A DNA stretch of 64,000 nt from a virus. The notes beneath the pieces are model-generated. The model was not told the DNA's origin, ran no database searches, and worked only from the letters and a program-made list of their open reading frames with translations. The translations under genes were made by a program, and so were the position numbers. The stretch lies in IMG/VR virus record IMGVR_UViG_3300027749_000044. One strand, given 5' to 3'. Shown one piece after another: positions 57,417 to 64,000 of the stretch (its first letter is position 1; each line of letters starts with the position of its first letter).

Positions 57417-57986
57417 ATGCATTATAGAAAAATATGGGAAAATTATCACGGCAAAAAAATACCAGAAGGATATGAAATACATCATATAGATGGAAATAGA
57501 AATAATAATAATATTGATAATTTATTATGCGTTTCTATCGAAGGTCATTTACAAATACATTTAGATCAAGAAGATTGGTCTGCTGTGCAATCTATATTTT
57601 TAAGAATAAAAAATGATTTAAACTTTAAAAATGAAAATTTTAAAGAAATTTGTTCTAAAGCACAAAAAAAATTATGGGAAGAAGGAAATCATAATTGGCA
57701 AATCAATTCTGAAAAAAGAAAAATTAATTTTGATTTGCATATGAAAACAAGAATAGAAAAAACCGGCAATGCTTTTTTGGGTATAAATGATAGAGTTGAC
57801 AATGGTCGCAAAGCAGGTAAAATAGCCGCTGAAAAGAATGCTGGATTTTTGAATATAAATTCAAATTTTCATGGAAGTAAAGCCGTAAAAAATACAAAAT
57901 GGTGGACTAATATTGATGGAACAAGAGTTAGATCACATGAATGTCCTCCAGGTGATTGGAAACAAGGAATGAAATATGACAAATAG
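57417..57986 (+). mobile_element. free-standing HNH homing endonuclease upstream of thyX
   Basis: YRKIWE...G..IP.G.EIHHIDGN..NN.I.NL......H...H; AT-rich; overlaps thyX start. Confidence 0.88.
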
Positions 57987-58641
57987 TGTTAAATTAATTT
58001 CGGTTAGTAAACCTACAATAGAAGGTTTAAATACCTCTTCAGAATTACTTGCGTATTGTGCGAGAGTTAGTAACCCTACAAATCAAATGAACAAAGAAAC
58101 ATCAGGTAAACTACTGTCTTATTGTATTAAAAATAAACATTGGTCAATTTTCGAAATGGTCCACATGACGATGGAAATCACCACGACGCGAGACATTGCC
58201 CGTCAAATCCTTCGTCATAGGTCGTTTTCTTTCCAAGAATTTAGTCAGCGATATGCTGTTGCCGAAAACTTTGTTACTCGCGAAGCACGAATGCAAGATA
58301 CAAAAAATCGTCAAAATTCTTTAGAAACAGATGACGAAATTTTACAAAGAGCCTGGCAAATCAGACAAGAGCATATTTTGGAAAATGTCCAATCGTCATA
58401 TGATTGGGCATTGAAGAATGGTATTGCCAAAGAACAGGCACGTGCTATCCTACCAGAAGGACTGACTGAATCTCGTCTTTATATGGCCGGAAATCTTAGG
58501 TCATGGATTCATTATGTCCAACTACGAACTTCAAATGGAACTCAAAAAGAACACCGTGAAATTGCAGAACAATGCCAAAAAATTATCGGACTAGAATTTC
58601 CAGAAATTTTGGATGCATTGTCTGCCGTATCCGAAGGATAA
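57976..58641 (+). CDS. thyX: flavin-dependent thymidylate synthase
   Basis: ARVSNP, HWSIFE, RHRSFSFQEFSQRY, TQKEHR. Confidence 0.96.
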   Translation: MTNSVKLISVSKPTIEGLNTSSELLAYCARVSNPTNQMNKETSGKLLSYCIKNKHWSIFEMVHMTMEITTTRDIARQILRHRSFSFQEFSQRYAVAENFVTREARMQDTKNRQNSLETDDEILQRAWQIRQEHILENVQSSYDWALKNGIAKEQARAILPEGLTESRLYMAGNLRSWIHYVQLRTSNGTQKEHREIAEQCQKIIGLEFPEILDALSAVSEG

Positions 58642-58647
58642 AATCGA

Positions 58648-58935
58648 ATGACTGATAACGGTGTAATTTATGATTATTTTATTTGGGACCATGAAAAACA
58701 AACATATAAGTTTCCATTAGATAATAATCCAGATTGGGTTGCCATTCGAGGAGATAAAGTTGTATTTCTAAATAAAAATGGATATGATTCCGAAAGAGAA
58801 CATGCCGCCAGAGTCTTTGAAGAAGGTCAAATATTAACTGTAGACACCGTGCGTATTGGTATGTCGAAATCTTATTATAAATTCAAAAACCTCCAATATG
58901 AATATAATACCGTAATGTTTGAGAAATTAACATGA
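58648..58935 (+). CDS. hypothetical protein
   Basis: ORF; NGY..E, YNTVMFE. Confidence 0.6.
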   Translation: MTDNGVIYDYFIWDHEKQTYKFPLDNNPDWVAIRGDKVVFLNKNGYDSEREHAARVFEEGQILTVDTVRIGMSKSYYKFKNLQYEYNTVMFEKLT

Positions 58936-58962
58936 ACTCTTTACTGAAGGAATTAAAAAAAG

Positions 58963-59175
58963 ATGAGTAATACAAATATTAATCATGTATTTACTCAAGT
59001 AGAAAATATTATCAAAAAAAATCCAAACTTGTATGATCGAATTAGAAATAACTGGATAGATTATTCAAGTCCACAAAAATATAAAGGATATTGCGCTTGT
59101 TGCGGAGCTCCTAGAATGGAAGATGACACACAAGAACATGATTTTGAATGTATATGGTTTGAAGAGATTGAATAG
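58963..59175 (+). CDS. small Cys-containing hypothetical protein
   Basis: CACCG...H...C. Confidence 0.5.
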   Translation: MSNTNINHVFTQVENIIKKNPNLYDRIRNNWIDYSSPQKYKGYCACCGAPRMEDDTQEHDFECIWFEEIE

Positions 59176-59178
59176 AAG

Positions 59179-59376
59179 ATGAAAAAATTAAAATTTTATA
59201 ATTTGTCATCGATATTACTTTTGGCTATGATCGAATATATATTATTGGGATGTATCATTATTACTCCTTATGCCGGCTCAATATTCTGGCCAATGTTTTT
59301 GTTGCTTCCTCCTGAATTGGTATTATTTGTCATTGTTTATTTGACAATTCTTGATTTTATTCATACGGAACTATAA
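59179..59376 (+). CDS. small two-TM membrane protein
   Basis: Two hydrophobic stretches. Confidence 0.5.
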   Translation: MKKLKFYNLSSILLLAMIEYILLGCIIITPYAGSIFWPMFLLLPPELVLFVIVYLTILDFIHTEL

Positions 59377-59397
59377 ATAGTTATTTTGGAGAAGCGC

Positions 59398-59730
59398 ATG
59401 AATGATACTAATACCAAACAAATTTTAGATTTATTGGCGTTGATTGAAGCCAAAAATGAAGAAAATCAAAAACAATTAGATTCACTTCAAAGCCAACTAT
59501 GGTCAATATTAAACAGACTTAATGTTTTGGAATCAACAAATAATTTATCTTATCCGATTCCATATTACAAATATGCATTGCCTAATGGTCCTCAAGTTCT
59601 GCCGGTGGACACAAAGTGGGAACCAAGGTGGTTAACTATAACCATGCCTCATACCATGAGAAATTATACAATAGGCGAAGGAATTTCAACTACACCATAT
59701 CTTGATAATTCCGGTCCACATTCAATTTAA
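59398..59730 (+). CDS. hypothetical protein
   Basis: GGAG RBS before MNDTNTK; late promoter TATAAATA at 59372. Confidence 0.55.
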   Translation: MNDTNTKQILDLLALIEAKNEENQKQLDSLQSQLWSILNRLNVLESTNNLSYPIPYYKYALPNGPQVLPVDTKWEPRWLTITMPHTMRNYTIGEGISTTPYLDNSGPHSI

Positions 59731-59942
59731 TGACTGATTATTCTATAACTTTTGTTTCAAATAATAATCCTGAAGCAAAAATTTCAGGAAAAATTTCTGA
59801 CAACGGAGAGTTACCTATACAATTGGATCAATTAGTTAATTATTTCCGAAATAATGGAATTGCAGTGAAGGCGATTGGCGTTTCGGATTGGACTTCATTG
59901 GAAATTTACATCGAAGACGATTCTTATTATTATACACGATAG
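59730..59942 (+). CDS. hypothetical protein
   Basis: TAATG-coupled ORF. Confidence 0.5.
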   Translation: MTDYSITFVSNNNPEAKISGKISDNGELPIQLDQLVNYFRNNGIAVKAIGVSDWTSLEIYIEDDSYYYTR

Positions 59943-60006
59943 ATAATCTTCTGGACTCTTATATAAATGTACTAGTACGTATTCAAAAATCAAAAAGGAT
60001 AAAATA

Positions 60007-61854
60007 ATGGATAAATCACAAGAAATTTTAAGTTCTATTACCGGGTTCATGAAGTATTCAAAATTCATTCCTGAATTAGGCCGCCGGGAGAACTGGGAAG
60101 AACTTGTTACTAGAAATAAAAATATGCACATTAAAAAGTTTCCAGAATTACAAAACGAAATTGAAACGGCATATGAATTCGTATATAATAAAAAAATCCT
60201 TCCTTCGATGCGGTCTTTGCAGTTTGCCGGCAAACCAATCGAATTAAACGAAACACGGTTATATAATTGTTGTTTTTTGCCTGTTGATAATTACGTTGCT
60301 TTCAGCGAAATTATGTTCCTTTTGCTTTCAGGAACAGGCGTCGGGTATTCAGTACAAAGTCACCATGTCGAAAAGCTACCTTCTATCACAAAGCCAACCA
60401 AAAAGAAAAGGTATCTCGTAGGAGATTCTATCGAAGGTTGGGCCGATGCAGTCAAGATGTTGATGAAAGCATATCTTGCCGGCAAGCCATTGCCTGTTTT
60501 TGATTTTAATGACGTTCGACCAAAAGGATCACATTTGATTACTGCCGGCGGAAAAGCACCGGGTCCAGAACCACTTAAGGATTGCCTTCATAATATTCAA
60601 AAAATTCTAGACAGAAAAGAAAACGGCGAACAATTAACTACATTGGATGTTCATGACATTAATTGTTATATTGCCGATTCTGTTTTGTCTGGTGGTATTC
60701 GTAGATCCGCAATGATCGCTCTATTCGATATCGATGACGAAGAAATGCTTACATGCAAGTTTGGCAATTGGTGGGAACAAAATCCACAGCGAGGTCGAGC
60801 GAACAATTCTGCCGTAATCGTTCGTCATATGGTCGACGAAGATGTGTTCTTTGATCTTTGGAAGAAAATCGAATTGTCTGGATCAGGCGAACCTGGATTC
60901 TTCTTTACTAATGATGCCGATTGGGGATTAAATCCTTGTGCTGAAATTTCTCTTCGTCCATTCCAATTTTGTAATCTTTGTACAATCAATGCAGGCGATG
61001 TTGAATCACAAGAAGACTTTAATGCACGGGCCAAGGCCGCCGCATTTATTGGAACTCTACAGGCTTCATATACCAACTTCCATTATCTTCGTGATATTTG
61101 GAAAAGAACTACCGAAAAAGAAGCACTTATTGGAATTTCAATGACTGGCATCGCATCTGGAACAGTATTGAATTTGAATATGAAAGAAGCTGCTCATGTT
61201 GTTAAAGAAGAAAATGCAAGAATTGCCGAAATTATCGGAATTAAACCAGCTGCCAGAACTACAACTGTTAAACCAGAAGGCACGGCTTCATGTATTCTCG
61301 GTACCTCATCTGGAATTCACGCCTGGCACAATGACCATTACATCCGTAGAATTAGAGTCGGTAAAGACGAGTCAATTTATCGTTACCTTGCCGACAACCA
61401 TCCAGAACTTATCGAAGATGAATACTTCAAGCCTAATCAACAAGCAGTCATATCGATTCCTCAGAAGTCACCCGCTGGCGCAATCACGCGATCTGAATCT
61501 GCAATTGACCTATTGAATCGTGTATCCAAAGTATACAAAGAATGGATTTCACCTGGACACAGACGTGGTGTAAATAAAAATAACGTCTCGACTACTGTTA
61601 CTATCAAAGCTAACGAATGGGAAGAAGTCGGCCAATGGATGTGGAAAAATAGGAATTCATTTACTGCTTTGTCGGTTCTTCCTCATTTTGATCATACGTA
61701 CGTCCAAGCTCCATTTGAAGATTGTTCCGAAGAACAATTTAATGCATTCTATGAACAATTGCATGAAATTAATTTGGATAACGTTGTTGAATTTGAAGAC
61801 AACACCACATTACGTGACGAAGTTGCATGTGCCGCAGGGGGATGTGAAATATGA
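60007..61854 (+). CDS. nrdJ: class II (adenosylcobalamin-dependent) ribonucleotide reductase
   Basis: PSMR.LQF.G, YNC, RRSA, NPCAEI, FCNL, VKPEGT, C-terminal CAAGGCEI; no nrdB adjacent. Confidence 0.92.
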   Translation: MDKSQEILSSITGFMKYSKFIPELGRRENWEELVTRNKNMHIKKFPELQNEIETAYEFVYNKKILPSMRSLQFAGKPIELNETRLYNCCFLPVDNYVAFSEIMFLLLSGTGVGYSVQSHHVEKLPSITKPTKKKRYLVGDSIEGWADAVKMLMKAYLAGKPLPVFDFNDVRPKGSHLITAGGKAPGPEPLKDCLHNIQKILDRKENGEQLTTLDVHDINCYIADSVLSGGIRRSAMIALFDIDDEEMLTCKFGNWWEQNPQRGRANNSAVIVRHMVDEDVFFDLWKKIELSGSGEPGFFFTNDADWGLNPCAEISLRPFQFCNLCTINAGDVESQEDFNARAKAAAFIGTLQASYTNFHYLRDIWKRTTEKEALIGISMTGIASGTVLNLNMKEAAHVVKEENARIAEIIGIKPAARTTTVKPEGTASCILGTSSGIHAWHNDHYIRRIRVGKDESIYRYLADNHPELIEDEYFKPNQQAVISIPQKSPAGAITRSESAIDLLNRVSKVYKEWISPGHRRGVNKNNVSTTVTIKANEWEEVGQWMWKNRNSFTALSVLPHFDHTYVQAPFEDCSEEQFNAFYEQLHEINLDNVVEFEDNTTLRDEVACAAGGCEI

Positions 61855-62018
61855 AATGGAATGAATTAATTAAAGGTTATTTTTCTTCTTTGGCTTCGAA
61901 TAATAAAGAAGAGGCAAATAAATTTTGGAATCTAATTTTACAAAAAAATTTGGATCTAAATAAAAAAGTCAATGCTGGTAAAAAGCATATCAAACCAAAA
62001 CACACTATTATTGAATAG
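61851..62018 (+). CDS. small hypothetical protein (55 aa)
   Basis: Manual translation MKWNELIKGYF...HTIIE. Confidence 0.5.
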   Translation: MKWNELIKGYFSSLASNNKEEANKFWNLILQKNLDLNKKVNAGKKHIKPKHTIIE

Positions 62019-62026
62019 GTAATTTA

Positions 62027-62188
62027 ATGTCAAAACACGAAAATCAATCATATTCTTGTGGTTATTGTGAAGCAGAATTCGATATCGTACCTAGTAATCC
62101 TCAAGCTTATACGGATGTTTCTTATTGTCCATTCTGTGGAGGAGATATATCCGAAGAAGTAGAAGATATTACAGACTGGGAAGAATAA
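62027..62188 (+). CDS. small zinc-ribbon protein (53 aa)
   Basis: Manual translation C..CEAEF.I........YCPFCG, acidic tail. Confidence 0.7.
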   Translation: MSKHENQSYSCGYCEAEFDIVPSNPQAYTDVSYCPFCGGDISEEVEDITDWEE

Positions 62189-62190
62189 CT

Positions 62191-62220
62191 AAGTACCCTC
62201 CGAACGGAGGGTATTTTTTT
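62191..62220 (+). terminator. hairpin terminator sequestering the RBS of the downstream GIY-YIG gene
   Basis: AAGTACCCTCC-GAAC-GGAGGGTATTT then T-run and ATG. Confidence 0.8.
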
Positions 62221-62640
62221 ATGTGGATATATAAAGGCGAACCATTTACTGAAGATATGATTGGTGAAAATTATGGATATGTTTATGTCATCACTCATAT
62301 TCCTTCTGGCAAAAAATATATAGGTCGAAAATTTTTCACTTCTGCTGGATATAAAACGGTCAAAGGCAAACGGAAAAAAATAAGAAAGCCATCTGACTGG
62401 CAAACATATTATGGATCATCACCTGCGCTCGCCAAGGCTATAGCCGAATATGGGCACGATCAATTCACGCGGGAAATTGTTATGCTCTGTCCTAACCGTT
62501 CCTCCGCCTCCTATTATGAGGCAAAAATGATTTTGTCCGAAGATGCAATTTTATCTGACAATTATTTTAACGATTGGATATCCCTCAAGGTATCATCGAT
62601 GCACGTCAATGCCATAAAAAAAATGAAAAAAGAGGGTTGA
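62221..62640 (+). CDS. GIY-YIG endonuclease (Seg-like)
   Basis: GYVYVIT......KYIGRK, WQTYYGS, F.REI, YYE; start re-called at MWIYKG. Confidence 0.8.
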   Translation: MWIYKGEPFTEDMIGENYGYVYVITHIPSGKKYIGRKFFTSAGYKTVKGKRKKIRKPSDWQTYYGSSPALAKAIAEYGHDQFTREIVMLCPNRSSASYYEAKMILSEDAILSDNYFNDWISLKVSSMHVNAIKKMKKEG

Positions 62641-62695
62641 CATTCTTTCCTAAATGATACATAATAGCATATGGTCCGAAAAAGGAGTATGTGCC

Positions 62696-62869
62696 ATGGT
62701 AGATTTTGTAATTTTTTCGTTTCCTGATCCACTCAAGGACGGGACAAAAAAGGTCGAAGAAACCTATTGCGAATTGCTCTCGCGTCAGCGCCAGGGTGAA
62801 ATCTTGTACCCAGAAGAAATTGACTATTTGGATTATGCTAACACAATTTTGTCGGAATCTAAACGATGA
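62696..62869 (+). CDS. small hypothetical protein
   Basis: AGGAG RBS before MVDFVIF; promoter TTGACA-17-CATAAT at 62637. Confidence 0.55.
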   Translation: MVDFVIFSFPDPLKDGTKKVEETYCELLSRQRQGEILYPEEIDYLDYANTILSESKR

Positions 62870-63108
62870 CCGAAGAAGAATTGTATGAACAGGCAATTAA
62901 AAATGATCCGTTGCGTCAGCGCCTACATGAATTATTCAATCAATTTAATGGAATGACCCGACAATATATTTTACAAAAATATTCAGGCATTTTTAATTAT
63001 TATTATGAAATTAATAATGAGCAACTTGAGGATTTGGTTTCCAAAATGGAAAAAGCTCTCATGAAAGAAGAAGAACGTTTGTTTAATTTGTATAAGGATG
63101 AACTATAA
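62866..63108 (+). CDS. hypothetical protein
   Basis: ATGA-coupled ORF. Confidence 0.55.
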   Translation: MTEEELYEQAIKNDPLRQRLHELFNQFNGMTRQYILQKYSGIFNYYYEINNEQLEDLVSKMEKALMKEEERLFNLYKDEL

Positions 63109-64000
63109 TGGCTCGACCAGCCAAGAAAAAAACTATGAGTCGCCGAGGAGCTAAACTTGCCGGCGATAAATTCATGGGTACAGAACCAGAACTTCCTATG
63201 ATTTATACTCAATGCGATCTTATACAAACTCTCAATTGGTATAATTACATGTATGATCATACAGAAGGTATGAATTGGATCGTAGAATGGGCAGAAAATG
63301 CAGGATATACTCCAAAATCGATTGAAATTTTAAAGAAAGTTGATCCTAGACAATTTTCATTTACAACAATGTCTTTGTCTAGGATTGATATGAATACACC
63401 CGCATTGGATGACCGACTGAAGTTAAAAATCAAAGCTCAAGTTGATGATTTGATTTCAAAGAGCATGGAACCAAAAGATGTTGTTGTCGTAAAGCTTGCG
63501 CCGACCGTACAAGACCGAGTGAAAGAAAAAACAAATAATATAATTGCAGAATTCGATTTCGCAATTGACAATCGTGATCTGGAAATGGATCCATATTCGT
63601 TCATGAAATCACAAGAAATTAAACCTGTACATGCAGCAAAAATTATTTCTTATTATTCGCGAATTGTCGATGAATATAAAAATGCGGATACTCTATCCCA
63701 TATGACTAAGGCGAACGCGAAAAAATTGGTTGCCTTTCTTGAAAAAATAGTGGAAGCTGGTAAAGCTATCCAATCCACAGGCAAGGTGACTAGGGCTGCA
63801 CGTAAGCCAAAACCCAAGGCCGCAAGCCAACTGGTGTCAAAGTTTAATTATGCAAAAGAAAATACGGAATATAAAATTGTATCCATCGATCCAACTGGAA
63901 TCATTGGTGCATCTACTCTCTGGGTTTTTAATCCCCGATATAAGCATATCACATATTATGAGTCTGACACTTCCCTTACTGTTAAGGGCACGACCATCAT
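63108..64000 (+). CDS. conserved T4-like hypothetical protein, truncated by window edge
   Basis: Manual translation MARPAKKK...GTEPE...LNWYNY...SIDP..IIGA..LWVFN...VKGTTI; frame not checked codon by codon. Confidence 0.7.
   Translation, partial: MARPAKKKTMSRRGAKLAGDKFMGTEPELPMIYTQCDLIQTLNWYNYMYDHTEGMNWIVEWAENAGYTPKSIEILKKVDPRQFSFTTMSLSRIDMNTPALDDRLKLKIKAQVDDLISKSMEPKDVVVVKLAPTVQDRVKEKTNNIIAEFDFAIDNRDLEMDPYSFMKSQEIKPVHAAKIISYYSRIVDEYKNADTLSHMTKANAKKLVAFLEKIVEAGKAIQSTGKVTRAARKPKPKAASQLVSKFNYAKENTEYKIVSIDPTGIIGASTLWVFNPRYKHITYYESDTSLTVKGTTI

Noticed and set aside
5558-61854. Introns or inteins in gp17, gp43, gp41, gp61, thyX and nrdJ
   Set aside because: All are uninterrupted and of ordinary length, with no evident intein motifs
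4279-63260. Many 60-190 aa alternate-frame or antisense ORFs in the track (e.g. 6081-6662, 19235-19813, 47981-48430)
   Set aside because: They overlap well-supported genes and lack RBS or motifs; only the embedded o-spanin has positive evidence
1-64000. CRISPR array, rRNA, integrase or IS element
   Set aside because: I saw no regularly spaced repeat-spacer pattern, rRNA-like segment, or recombinase/transposase motif
1-64000. Stop-codon reassignment
   Set aside because: Core genes are full length in the standard code, and TAA, TAG and TGA all end genes

Overview
This 64 kb window is part of a large, AT-rich T4-like myophage genome. Embedded spanins indicate a Gram-negative host. ThyX, class II NrdJ and peptide deformylase are consistent with, but do not prove, an alphaproteobacterial or environmental host. 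From left to right it contains: a minus-strand sugar-nucleotide and glycosyltransferase cluster; the gp14-gp23 morphogenesis block; gp3-uvsY-uvsW-gp55-gp47-gp46; gp45, then three tRNAs and an RNA-repair cassette; gp44-gp62-regA-gp43-uvsX-gp41; an accessory region; a late operon of His-rich, apparently capsid-targeted proteins with Dps; embedded spanins; primase, thyX and nrdJ. There are three free-standing HNH/GIY-YIG endonuclease genes. Best candidate for an undescribed system: late-expressed, His-rich (about 10% in the ORFs counted) cargo proteins with T4-type capsid-targeting N-termini and repeated gp21-type cleavage linkers. One module is flanked by a 24-nt DNA repeat that encodes the linker itself, and the cargo includes nuclease-like, ligase-like and nucleotidyltransferase domains. 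Other highlights: Asn-rich outer virion proteins together with glycosylation genes, a duplicated promoter and leader that fires antisense into uvsW, atypical tRNAs, and a mini GGQ protein in a GC-rich patch. All family calls come from motif and synteny recognition by eye; no database searches were run.
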